From Octopus vulgaris (Eukaryota), in the NCBI GenBank assembly GCA_951406725.2, contig OX597841.1, positions 14,942,001 to 15,006,000 of the forward strand: a DNA stretch of 64,000 nucleotides, read 5' to 3'. Shown in pieces: positions 13,007 through 27,520 of this stretch. Under the pieces are notes generated by a model, which worked only from the letters and a program-made list of their open reading frames with translations, made no database searches and was not told the DNA's origin. Numbering within the stretch: position 1 is the first letter of the stretch; each line of letters begins with the position of its first letter. A program made the position numbers and the translations under genes.

Positions 13007-13018
13007 CATATTTGTCAG

Positions 13019-13190
13019 GAACTGACCGCAGCAACATATTGCAGATGGCAAAAGGTGGCGTTAGTTATCCATTAGCCTTTGCGGACACAACTCTGTGGAA
13101 CAACTCGGAAATTGTTTGGATCTATCACAACGAGCTGAACATAAAACCAGTGGACCTTGCTCTCAGTATGGCTTCCTCCGGATATTACAC
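13019..13190 (+). CDS. DD3-3: Protein DD3-3-like, exon F
   Basis: tttgtcag acceptor; (G)TDRSNILQMAKGGVSYPLAFADTTLWNNSEIVWIYHNELNIKPVDLALSMASSGYY-T; donor GTAAGT; phase 1/2. Confidence 0.9.
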
Positions 13191-13639
13191 GTAAGTTTTT
13201 TTAATATTTTTTTTTCTTTGGGAGTGGGGCAAGCTGGCAGGAACGTTAGCACGCCGGGCGAAATGTTAAGCAGTATTTTGTCTGTCGTTATGTTCTGAGT
13301 TCAAATTCCACCGAGGTCGACTTTGCCTTTTATCCTTCTGGGGTTGATTAAATAAGTACCAGTTACGCAATGGGGTCGATACACACACACATACACACAC
13401 ACACATATATAGACATACATATATATACTCATACATACACATATATACACATATCTAAATGTATATATATATACATGTATATATATATACATGTATATAT
13501 ATATGCATATATATACATATAAACATGTGTGTATATATACATACACATGTATATATATATGCATGTATATGTATATACATATATATATATATATATACAT
13601 GTATATATATATACATGTATCTATATATATATGTATATA

Positions 13640-13671
<32 letters not shown>

Positions 13672-13724
13672 CATATATATATGTATATATATATATACAC
13701 ATATACATATCTATATATATACAT

Positions 13725-13768
<44 letters not shown>

Positions 13769-13984
13769 AGCTTCCACACAGTTTTCATCTATTTACTAAA
13801 TCCACTTGCAAGATATTGCTTGTCCCAGGGCTACAACAGAAGGTTTCCCCCCACCCCAAGGTGTCATGCATTGGGACTGAAACCTGAAAACTTAGGTTCA
13901 CGAAGCAACCTTCTTGATGCCACAGACATGTGGGCTTCAATTTTTTGCATGTTTCAATAATCCCCTCGTCTCTTCCTATTTCAG

Positions 13985-14189
13985 TTGCCTGAAGGCGGCG
14001 CAGTGCCCCAAAACCCTTGTACAGGACAGTAAGGAGGAGAAGGCTGCAATGGACAAACTACTGAACAATGCTCCAGCTTCTTACCTGGGTGCCCTACTCC
14101 GTTTAAAGCCAGGGGTTTATAACTATATGTGCACCCGTAACAACCAGTTCTCAAACAGGGCCCAAATGGGTGTAATGATAGTGAAATAA
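13985..14189 (+). CDS. DD3-3: Protein DD3-3-like, terminal coding exon G
   Basis: cctatttcag acceptor; CLKAAQCPKT...LLNNAPASYLGALLRLKPGVYNYMCTRNNQFSNRAQMGVMIVK-TAA; resembles the DD3-3 C-terminus LNNAPASF..YMCTRNNNFSNRSQKG. Confidence 0.92.
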
Positions 14190-14249
14190 ATGAAAAACCC
14201 GAATCCTTTTATATGCAAAGAATATCGAGAAATGACCCCCAAACAATTG

Positions 14250-14620
14250 CTAATATTTACAGGGGTCGAAAGATGTTTCATTCATAACCCTTAATTTACT
14301 GGATATTAGAAGTGTATCCTTATAAAGAAATTTACTAACAGGGGCCAGAAGGCCTTTCCTTTATAATCCTGAAATTTTTGTATTTTAGAAGTATGCCCTA
14401 AGCAAGAAATGTATTAACAAGAGATAAATAAGCTTTCCTATATAACCCCTAATTTTCTGATTGTTAGAAGTGTATCCTAAACAGGATATGTATTAACAGG
14501 GGTCAAGAGAACTTTATTTTATAACCCCTAATTTTCTGTGTAGAAGAACTGTGCGCAAAGTAATAAATTTACTAACACAAGACCAAAATGGATTTCCTTT
14601 ATAACTCCTTATTTTTCTTT
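14250..14620 (+). repeat. Degenerate ~80-bp tandem repeat (~4.5 copies) in putative DD3-3 3' UTR
   Basis: Recurring tttactaacagggg...tttataacccctaatttt...ttagaagtgtatcct motifs near 14260, 14340, 14418, 14497 and 14576. Confidence 0.75.
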
Positions 14621-14674
14621 ATGTTTGGATAAGGAATTCACAAAATTGTCTTAGCAGGGTCTCATTTATTTTGA

Positions 14675-14680
14675 AATAAA
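14675..14680 (+). promoter_or_regulatory. Candidate polyadenylation signal of DD3-3-like gene
   Basis: AATAAA followed by a T/GT-rich tract (14700-14750). Other AATAAA hexamers occur nearer the stop, so the assignment is uncertain. Confidence 0.35.
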
Positions 14681-14888
14681 GAATTGATCCCTATTTTAGG
14701 GGTTCTTGTTAATCGTTTTTCTTTTGCTGTTGTCATTTTCTTTTTTGAAATATAAACAATATCCCCGAAACAGCTGTAAGGCTTTGAATTTTTCCCAATA
14801 ATAATAATGTATATGACTTGAGATGTTTGCCTTGCCTTAATGTTTGTTGTCCTCTTTAACAATTATATACATACATACCTACATACAT

Positions 14889-14948
<60 letters not shown>

Positions 14949-15239
14949 GTATATATATATATCCATACTTGGAAATGGATGCTTCATGTTCAATTAAGTA
15001 ATGAATAGTAAATACATATATATATATTATGCGGCTTGCTCGCTTAGCCAGCGGGGTGGCGTCATTTGAAGGCTAAAACAATGTGAAGTGCATTGTGACC
15101 AGCGATGTGTAATAAAATCTGATAGCCTGGTCAGTCACGTGATCACGTGTTATATATTATGTATGTATATATATGTACGTAGATATGTATGTGTATATAT
15201 ATATATATGTGTGTATATATATATGTATATATATATGTA

Positions 15240-15279
<40 letters not shown>

Positions 15280-15316
15280 CATATATATATACATATATAC
15301 ATACATATATATATAC

Positions 15317-15385
<69 letters not shown>

Positions 15386-15386
15386 C

Positions 15387-15420
<34 letters not shown>

Positions 15421-15424
<4 letters not shown>

Positions 15425-15570
15425 CTGTAAATGTAATATGTGACAATTATTCGGTAGCCGTGATAAAACTCTGAGTTTCGGATGCCGAGGTGGAAATCCG
15501 CGCCATCACCTCTGAAACTTGGAGTTTTATCATGGCTACTGAATAGTTGTCACATATTACATTTACAGAT
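15421..15570. mobile_element. MITE-like palindromic element in (TA)n
   Basis: ~58-bp inverted arms (ctgtaaatgtaatatgtgacaa...) with an inner gaggtg/cacctc pair, flanked by TA repeats. Confidence 0.7.
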
Positions 15571-15654
15571 ATATATATATATATACTTTGATACTTTGAT
15601 AGGTTTCGGCCATTATTGGCCCAGGCCATGTCTAACTTAATAGCACCACCTGGT

Positions 15655-15709
<55 letters not shown>

Positions 15710-15728
15710 TTATTTATTTTATAGAAGG

Positions 15729-15779
15729 AGCTTCTACAGGACTAGAACTGTTTCATTCAAAAGAAATCATCAGGAAGCT
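15729..15779 (-). ncRNA. Type I hammerhead ribozyme motif
   Basis: Reverse complement: AGCUUC-CUGAUGA-UUUC uuuu GAAU-GAAA-CAG uucuaguc CUG-UA-GAAGCU. Core intact, 6-bp helix I, GUA site, weak helix II. Confidence 0.65.
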
Positions 15780-15996
15780 AGGTGACAAGAGTAGTTTTGG
15801 CATTTATACGTTTAGGCAGGTTTAAAGGGGTGGTGGTGGGGGACTTTTTGGGGTAGGCATGGCGCTAACTATCATTCTTTGGGGAGTGGTCAAAGGAATC
15901 AGTGATAAAGACGATAAAAGAATAAATAAAAGAATATATATATATATATATATATGTATATATCTATATATCTATATCTATCTTTCTATCTATCTG

Positions 15997-16144
<148 letters not shown>

Positions 16145-16305
16145 CACAAGCATGGCTCTATGGTAAGTAGCTTGTTTACCAACCACATGGTTCCGGGTTC
16201 AGTCCTACTGTGTGGCACCTTGGGCAAGTGTCTTCTACTATAGCCTCACGCTGACCAAAGCCTTGAGTGGATCTGGTTCATGGAAACTGCAAGAAGCCTG
16301 TCGTA

Positions 16306-16375
<70 letters not shown>

Positions 16376-16663
16376 TGTTCTCCTGACATTGCTTGGCAAC
16401 TGATGCTAGTGTGTTTACGTCACCATGACTTAGCGGTTTGGCAAAAGAGACCAATAGAATAAATATTAGGCTTACAAAGAATAACTCCGGAGGTCAGTTT
16501 GTTTGACTAAAGGCGGTGCTCCAGCATGGGACAAATAAAAGTATATATACACATACTCACACACGCGTGTATGTATGTGTGTGTATGTGTGTGTGCGTGC
16601 GTGCGTGCTTTTATGTTGTTCTTTCCCTCCCTCTCTCCCTCCTCCCTCTCTACATACAATTGC

Positions 16664-16765
16664 TACCACCACCACCACCACCACCACCACCACCACCACC
16701 ACCACCACCACCACTGTTACTGGTATTGCACTATGACTGGTACTGCAACATTGATCTGCAACTGT

Positions 16766-16800
<35 letters not shown>

Positions 16801-16884
16801 TTACTACTACTACTGCTACTACCAATACTACTACTACTACTACTACTACTGCTGCTACTGCTATAACTTCTACTACTGCTACTG

Positions 16885-16920
<36 letters not shown>

Positions 16921-16966
16921 TTACTACTACTACTGCTACTACTACTATTACCACCACCAGCACCAG

Positions 16967-17029
<63 letters not shown>

Positions 17030-17067
17030 AACAACAACAATAACAAGATCTACTACTACTACTACTA

Positions 17068-17146
<79 letters not shown>

Positions 17147-17593
17147 GCAACTACTACTATTTGTGCGATATCTTGACCGCTCCGTACACCACTTCCTCTT
17201 CCCGTTACCACAACCGCAACCTGGCTACTATCACCGCAACCACAACAGCACCAGCACAACCACTGTGTCCTATACTAGTTGCAACTGCAACCACTGCCAG
17301 TAAAAAAAAAACAAAAGGAAACCACCACCACCACCACCACCACCACCACTATCAACACCACCACTATCAACACCACCACCACTATCAATGCTGCCACTAC
17401 CGCAACCACCACCACCACCACCAACACCATACCACCACCGCCACCACCACCGCCACCACTACCACCACCACAACCATCACTATCACCACCACCGCCACCA
17501 CCACCGCCACCACCACCACCACGACGACCACCACCACCACCGTCACCACCACCACCACCACCACCACCGTCACCACCACCACCACCACCGCCA
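16664..17593. repeat. Compound (CAC)n/(TAC)n trinucleotide tracts
   Basis: Seen directly. Confidence 0.9.
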
Positions 17594-17677
17594 CCTTCTC
17601 TCTGCATTATTATAATATTAACATTGCCACACAGTTCCTTTGTTTGCAACACTCGGCATTCCTTTGTTCCTCATTCC

Positions 17678-17711
<34 letters not shown>

Positions 17712-17787
17712 ATCCAAAACTATCTGTCTGTCTGTCTGTCTATCTGTCTGTATGTTGTTTATCTCTCTCTCTCTCTCTCTCTATTTA

Positions 17788-18490
<703 letters not shown>

Positions 18491-18644
18491 CTCCCTCTCT
18501 CTTTATTCTTCCTCTCCGTCTTTCTTCTCTCTATCAATGCCACCCCCCACCCTGTCTTTTATTCCATTTTCCAATATTTTCTCCCCCCCCCCTCCCAACT
18601 TTATCTGCCTCAACACTCCGTTACATTCTCACCACTCCAGCTAT

Positions 18645-18675
<31 letters not shown>

Positions 18676-18965
18676 CTCTTTCTCTCTTTCTTTCTTTCTT
18701 TCCTTCTTTCTCTCTTCCTTTCCTTCTTTCCTTCTTTCTCTCTTTCTTTCTTTCTCTCTTTCTTTCTTTCTCTCTTTCTTTCTTTCTCTCTTTCTCTCTT
18801 CCTTTCCTTCTTTCTCACTTTCTCACTTTCTTTCTTTCTTTCTTTCTTTTCTTTCTTTCTTTCTTTCTTTCTTTCCTTCTTTCTTTCTTTGTTTCTTTCT
18901 TTCTTTCTCTCATTCTCTCTTTCTTTGTTTCTTTGTTTCTTTGTTTCTTTCTTTCTCTCATTCTC

Positions 18966-19005
<40 letters not shown>

Positions 19006-19174
19006 TCCTTCTTTCTCTCTTTCTTTCTCTCTTTCTCTCTTTCTTTCTTTCTTTCTTTCTGTCTTTCTCTCTCTCTCTCTCTCTCCCTCTCTCTCTCTTT
19101 CTCTCTCAGTCTATCTCCCACATTCTCTTCTCTCTCTCCCGTTTTCTTTCCTTCCTTTTCAACAGCTACCACCA

Positions 19175-20050
19175 CAATATCCACCCCGAGTGCGATTGCG
19201 CTGTCCCTGAGCAAGAAGTCCACCACGTCCGTCACGAATGCTGACCACATACTCTGGTCAACAGCTTGTACATGAGGTGACATCCACCCGGGGTGGAGTG
19301 AACTGTTTCCGACCAACAAGTTCACCACGTTCCTCATGAATGCTGACCATATCCAACGGTCAACAGTTTGTACATGTGGTGACATCCACCCGGGGTGCAT
19401 GGAGCTCTTTCCGACAAACAAGTTGACCACGTTCCACATGAATGCTGACCACATCCTATGCTCAGAAGCTTGTACTTGTGGCAACATCCACCCGGGGTGG
19501 ATTGAGCTGTTTCCGGCCAACAAGTTCACACCCGTCTCTCATAAATGCTGACCACATCGTATGCTCAACAGCTTGTACTTGTGGCAACATCCACCCGGGG
19601 TGGATTGAAGTTTATCCGACCAACATGTTTAGCACGTCCGTCATGAATGCTGACCACATCCTATGCTCAACAGCTTGTACTTGTAGCAACATCCACCCGG
19701 GGTGGATTGAGCTGTTTCCGACCAACAAGTTCACACCCGTCTCTCATAAATGCTGACCACATCCTATGCTCAACAGCTTGTACTTGTGGCAACATCCACC
19801 CGGGGTGGATTGAGCTGTTTCCGACCAACTAGTTCACCATGATCCTCTTGAATGCTGACCATATCCAACGGTCAACAGTTTCTATATATGGCGACATCCA
19901 CCCGGGGTAGATTGACCTGTTTCCGACGAACAACTTCACCATGTCCCTTATGAATGCTGACCATATCCAATGGTCAACAGCGTGTACTTGTGGCGACATC
20001 CACCCGGGATGCATTGAGTTGTTTCCGATCAACAAGTTCACCACGTCCCG
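19175..20050. repeat. 102/103-bp complex tandem repeat, 8 copies plus a diverged partial unit
   Basis: AATGCTGACCA at 19237, 19339, 19441, 19544, 19646, 19749, 19851 and 19953. Units carry the palindrome ATCCACCC-G-GGGTGGAT or a close variant. Confidence 0.95.
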
Positions 20051-21544
20051 CCACCACCACCACTACCACCACCGGCATCACCACTACCATTATCTCCACC
20101 AGCACCTCCACTGCTACCACATCTACGACCACCGTAACAATCACCACCAATAACCCCATCTCCACCAGCACCACCATCAACATCACCGCCACTACCACCA
20201 CAAGCATCATCATCATCATCACCACCACTACCATCACCACGACGACGACGACCACCACCACCACAACCATCACCTCCTCCCACCACCACTACCATCTCCA
20301 CAAGCACTGTCATCACCACCACCACCACCACCACCACCACAACCATCACCTCCACCCACCACCACTACCATCTCCACAAGCACTATCATCACCACCACCA
20401 CCACCACCACCACAACCATCACCTCCACCCACCACCCACCACCACTACCATCTCCACTAGCACTATCATCACCACCACCACAACCATCACCTCCACCACC
20501 ACCACAACCATCACCTCCTCCCACCACCACTACCATCTCCACTAGCACTATCACAACCATCACCTGCACCCACCACCACTACCATCTCCACTAGCACTAT
20601 CATTACCACCACCACCACCACCACCACCACCACCACAACCATCACCTCCTCCCACCACCACTACCATCTCCACTAGCACTATCATCACCACCACCACCAC
20701 CACCACCACCACCACCACCACCACCAATAACCATGCGTAAGATTAATTTTGAGGATCTGATCGAAGGATTAACCATTATGCAAAATAAGCCGGTGCTTAG
20801 GGCGGCGTCTGGGGAAGCGGGGACACCACAGAAGTAGTAAATGGTTCACGGCACAAAAGAAATCACTTTTAAGTTGCTAAAATAATATTCGAAGTGATTT
20901 ATATGATCAGAAATATAATTTCGAAATATTCATATTGTCACATTGAGGAATTTATCAAAGACATTGCAATTAAAAAAAAAAAAAAAAAGCAGGAGAAAAC
21001 TTCTTCAAATCTCAATAAAGCGGAAGTAAAGAAAAATAAACACCATTTTCCATCTTAAGGCCAGTTTTGTTTCATTTTGAAAAATAAAAATTCATTTTAT
21101 GGTTTATTGTTGTTTTTGTTGATTTACGGTACATATTTTTTCCTGATATTTTACCTCACAACTTTTTTTATACAAATTTTTGTTGCATGGGAACAAAACT
21201 ATGAAATTCTTCATGCTTTCTTCTATCATTGAAGCTAAGATCAATATATTTTGCTTTTAAAATGAAAAATATAAAAGTTATTTAGATCTAAACTTGATTG
21301 CTGGCGTTACATACACTCCTATAACGTTCCTACATATTTTGATGCAAACATTTTTCTACTGGATCAAATCTCAATTTTTTAGCGCCAAAATGTAGCTAGG
21401 GAACAGTTCTCTTCAATAATAATGTTGACAGTTTTCCATTTGCTTAAGAACTGAATTAGTGACGAACTCTGAAAGATGCTGCGTTCGAGTAAACTGCAGC
21501 CTTAAGAATATTATTCAACTATTGCCGGAGTTGAATGATGCGAA

Positions 21545-22452
21545 CTCATACATCAATACATACATACATACATGCATACATACATACATACATACATACA
21601 TACATACATGCATACGTACATACATACATATACACATACATACATACATACATACATGCATACATACATACATGCATACATACATACATACATACATGCA
21701 TACGTACATACATACATATACACATACATACATACATACATACATACATGCATACATACATACACACATACATACATACATACATACATACATACATACA
21801 TACATGCATACATACATACATATATACATACATACAATCATGCATACATACATACATACATACATACATACATACGTACATACATATATACATACACACA
21901 TACATACATTCATACATACATACATACATACATACATGCATACATACATACATACATGCATACATACATACATACATACATACATGCATACATACATACA
22001 TACATACATACATGCATACATACATACATACATACATACATACATACATACATACATACATACATACATACATACATACATACATACATACATACATACA
22101 TACATACATACATACATAGATACATATATACATTCATACATACATACATACATACATACATACATGCATACATACATACATACATACATACACACATACA
22201 TATATACTTACCTACATACATACATACATTCATACATACATGCATACATACATACATACATACATACATACATACATACATACATACATACATACATACA
22301 TAGATACATATATACATTCATACATACATACATACATACATACATACATACATAGATACATATATACATTCATACATACATGCATACATACATACATACA
22401 TACATACATACATACATACATACATACATACATACATACATACATACATACA

Positions 22453-22486
<34 letters not shown>

Positions 22487-22884
22487 CATACATAGATACA
22501 TATATACATTCATACATACATGCATACATACATACATACATACATACATACATACATTCACACATACATACATACATACATACATACATACATAGATAGA
22601 TACATATATACATTCATACATACATGCATACATACATACATACATACATACATACATACATACATACATACACACATACATACATACATACATACATACG
22701 TACATACATACATACATACATACATACATACATACATACATGCATACATACATACATACATACATGCACACATACATACATACATACATATATACAAACA
22801 TACATACATACATACATACATACACACGTACATACATACATACATACATACATACATACATGCATACATACATACATACATACA

Positions 22885-22915
<31 letters not shown>
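21545..22915. repeat. (TACA)n tetranucleotide expansion
   Basis: Seen directly; similar tracts at 25470-26140 and 49335-50240 (opposite strand). Confidence 0.97.
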
Positions 22916-22916
<1 letters not shown>

Positions 22917-23148
22917 GTCAGAAAAACAAGCATAGAAACACACATATCTCTGACTGTCCGTCTCTCTGTCTATCTTCTAGTCACTCTCTTTCACCTCTCT
23001 CTTTTTCCCTTTCTCCCCCTATCTGTATATATACATATATATATATATATATAGTTAATCCAAACAAGAAAGCACAAAAAAACACAACGCGAGGACGTGG
23101 AACAAATAAAGTATTATTGGACGCTCAGGAAAGAAGGGAAGAAGGAGG

Positions 23149-23184
23149 GTTTGACGTTTCGAGCCGGAGCTCTTCGTCAGAAAC
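23149..23184 (-). ncRNA. Minimal type I hammerhead ribozyme motif (Penelope-type)
   Basis: Reverse complement: GUUU-CUGACGA-A-GAGC uccg GCUC-GAAA-C-GUC-AAAC; palindromic ACGU in place of helix III. Confidence 0.65.
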
Positions 23185-23261
23185 ATAGGAGAAGGAAAGA
23201 TCCAGAGAAGGGAAGACAGAGGAAAAAAAAATCGCCAAGGGTACACACGAGGTCACATCTT

Positions 23262-23495
23262 TGGCAACCTTCGGTCATGGCTGACCATGGGTATCACGTC
23301 CGCCCATTTATTGTCTAGTTTGGGTCGCTCGGCTTGAGCAGCGCCTCCTGTGGCCATGGAGACCAATGCGAGAATGACAGTCTCAGTCGCATAGATCGCA
23401 TCTGTGTGTGGATTCTGGTCTGTCGGCTGTCGGTCCCTTGGGGGTCACGGCAGGACCATCACGGCTGGAAAACCTTCGCTCACAGGACTACGCGA
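23262..23495 (-). mobile_element. RTE-clade LINE 3' fragment
   Basis: Reverse complement translates CDLCD*DCHSRIGLHGHRRRCSS, matching the RTE C-terminal C..C...C.SRIGL.SH motif, followed by a short 3' UTR. Confidence 0.65.
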
Positions 23496-24016
23496 TAAGG
23501 GCTTAATCTAAGGTTAAACAACAAAAGTACCACTATTTAGAATGGACCCGAAAGGATAAAAAAAAGATAAAGTCGACCTGGGCGGAATTTGAACTCAGAA
23601 CTTAGGGACGGACGAAATGCCGCTAAACGTTTTGTCCGGCGTGCTAACGATGCTGCCAACTCGTTGCTTTGTGCTCCAGTATTAATAGTGCTACTACAAC
23701 ATCAGCACACACTACACTAATACTTTAGGCTATACACTAATACCATCAACACACTATCACACACACGCACACACTGAGGCATACATACACGTATATACAC
23801 ATATACACGCTATAATATACATATACACACATGTTCCTGTACACACACACGTATACATAGACATATACAAATATATATACGCACACATATACACATTCGC
23901 GTGTATAGATACACACACACACACACACATATACGTAAACACATATGTACATATGCATATATGCACACACACACACACACACATATACGTAAACACATAT
24001 GTACATATGCATATAT

Positions 24017-24049
<33 letters not shown>

Positions 24050-24052
24050 CGC

Positions 24053-24100
<48 letters not shown>

Positions 24101-24362
24101 ATATATAAACGCTAATAGCGCCAGTAGGGACACCACAAGGGCCGCTCCACAACACGGCACACCACCACCAGTAGCACCACCACTACTACCACCATCACCA
24201 CCACCATCATCATCATCACCATCATCATCACCATCATCATCATCATCACCACCGTCATCACCACCACCACCACCACCACCACCACCACCACCACCACCTA
24301 TACCCCGCCCCGCCACCTACACGCCCACATACACCCCCACAGCCACCTCCCACACACCTCCC

Positions 24363-24462
<100 letters not shown>

Positions 24463-24737
24463 ATATATATATGTGTATATATATATATATACACGCGCCT
24501 CTCAATCTCTAGTTTCACTTCCCATTATGGTAAAAATGTACAAAGAAACGACGGTGGGGTGGGAGAGCGGCGATGGTGGGGTGGGGGTAGTAGCAAGGAA
24601 ACGGGTGGGATGAGGTGAGGGCGGAGGGGGAGTGCGTAGACGTGATGTGCGGGGTGGGCAACAGATGTTGAGGGTATATTTCAATTCGCCCGCTCCTCCA
24701 CCCCCACCCCCGTCATCCACCAGCGCACCTACCCCTA

Positions 24738-24794
<57 letters not shown>

Positions 24795-25351
24795 TTAGAT
24801 ATATAGACGAACGTGGAATGATGAAGGGGGCGGGTGCAAAAAAAGGCGTCAGTTTTATCTCTTTTATCCCTGACTTGCAGACGTATATATATGTATATAT
24901 ATATATATATATATTTATATATGCATGTATATACACATGTAGATGTAGGTACGTACATATATGTTTGTATGTATGCATATATTTTATTTATTACACTATA
25001 TGTATATATATGTATATATATATGTATATATATGTATATATATATATATGTATATATATGTATATATATATATTTATATGCATATATATGCATACATATA
25101 TGCATATATATGCATATATATATGTATATGTATATGCATATATAGGTATGTATATATATGCACACACATATTTATGCACATATATACATATATATATGCA
25201 TATATATACACATATACTCACACACACATATATATACACACACATACATACATATAGATATATAGTTATGTATATATATAACATACGTATATGTATTCAA
25301 ATAAATTTTGTATGTATCTAATATATATGTGTGGATATAACATATATATAT

Positions 25352-25429
<78 letters not shown>

Positions 25430-25477
25430 GAACTATAAAAATATTTGTGCGTGTTTATAAGTATGTATACACACACA

Positions 25478-25511
<34 letters not shown>

Positions 25512-26240
25512 CATACATACATATATACATACATACACACATACATACATATATACATACATACATACATACATTCATACATACATACATACAAACATAC
25601 ATACATTCATACATACATACATACATACAAACATACATACATACAAACATACATACATACATACAAACATACATACATACACACATACATACATACAAAC
25701 AAACATACATACATGCATACATACAGATACATTCATACATACATACATACAGATACATTCATACATACATACATACAGATACATTCATACATACATACAT
25801 ACATACATACATACATACAAACATGCATACATACATACATACATACATACATACATACATACATACACACATAGATACATACATACATACATACATACAT
25901 ACACACATACATACATACATACATTCATACATACATACAAACATACATACACACATACATACATACATACATACATACATACATACATACATACATACAT
26001 ACATACATACATACATACATACATACATACATACATACATACATACATACATACATACATACATACATACATACATACATACATACATACATACAAGCAT
26101 ACACACATACATACATACATACATACACACATACATACGTCTGTGCGTATATTTTCTCACCTTTTCATTTTCTCTGTTTTCTCTCTCAGTTTTTAGTGAA
26201 GTAAAGTAGATTCTGGTCTTTCACCTGAGTCATAGTAATC

Positions 26241-26280
<40 letters not shown>

Positions 26281-27017
26281 TACAGGTACCGTGATAAGAA
26301 GTGGGAGGGGGAGCGAGAGGTTGTAGGGAAACAAAGAGCGAAGAGAGGGCGCTGCAGAAGTGATGGGAGGATAGGGGAAGAGGGAGAGGGGGGAGGGAGG
26401 GTGACGGAGGGAGATAGAGGGGGATGGAGAGGGAGATAGAGGGGGAGAGAGGGAGAGAGAGTGTGAGAGAAAGAGAGTGAGAGAGAGAGAGAGGGGATGA
26501 GAGAGAGTAAGAGAGAAAGGGTGAGAAAAAGAGAGTGAGAGAGAGTGGGAGTGAGAGTGAGAGAGAGGGAGAGAGAAAGAGGGAGAAGGGGAGAGAGAGA
26601 AGGAGAGAGAGAGAAGAGACGGAGATAGAGTGAAGGAGAGAGGGAGAGAGAAAGGGCAGCGGGGAGAAAGAAAGAGTAACAGAGTGTCAGAGAGAGAGAG
26701 AGAGAGACAAAGAGACTGAGAGACAGAGAGACAGACAGACAGACAACGAGTGAATGAGAAAAGACTGAACAGTGAGGTGGGGGGAGGGAATAACACATAT
26801 AAAAAAACCCGGATAATCGCATAATCTCACATAAATATATAAGCGTAAGAATAGTCGGGGGATTAATACGCTTGCTTTGCATCCTTGTGTTTCTGGGTTC
26901 AGTCCCACTGGGTGGCATCTTGGGCAAGTGTCTTCTACTCCAGCTTCGGGACGACCAAAGCCTTCTGAATGGACTTGGTAGACGGAAACTGAAAGACGCC
27001 CGTCGTATATATGTGTG

Positions 27018-27080
<63 letters not shown>

Positions 27081-27320
27081 ATAAATTTTCATCTGTCCTG
27101 CCCGCCAAATTTGGTTCTGGTGTTCGCTGTATTTTTTCCTCTAGAGAATTTCCTTGTAGTTTGATCGTTGATGATCTGTTTCTAGCATACGGCCGACTTC
27201 CTAGCAGTCAAGCCCTGCCAATATACACATATATTTGAATTTTCTCTGACTTCTCAGATTTCTTGTATGCTGGACTACTGGTTTTAAATTGATATTAAAA
27301 TTATTAATTTATCTCCCTCA

Positions 27321-27374
<54 letters not shown>

Positions 27375-27386
27375 GTACACTCATAT

Positions 27387-27520
27387 ACGAGGGTTTGTTG
27401 AAAAGTTCCTGGCTCTGGATAAAAGAAAATAGAGGAGGATCAGTTAATTATGATTTTATTCAACATATTCCCCTCTCAGATTCACACACTCATTGCAGGG
27501 GTCCTTCATTTTTTCTAAGC
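27387..27520. mobile_element. Mariner-type terminal fragment
   Basis: TA|CGAGGGTTTGTTGAAAAGTTCC TIR-like start. A related mini-element at 52941-53068 ends aaaacttttcatacacccctcg|TA. Confidence 0.5.

Noticed and set aside
11024-13037. Long ORFs of 489, 653 and 641 aa (YDYF / RNNH / MIIS repeats)
   Set aside because: These are translations of an intronic 12-bp minisatellite that happens to lack stops in several frames; there is no other evidence of coding.
19175-20050. CRISPR-like array, or ankyrin/TPR repeat gene
   Set aside because: The whole unit is conserved with no unique spacers and no cas genes. Residue spacing does not fit the ankyrin or TPR consensus, and both frames are broken.
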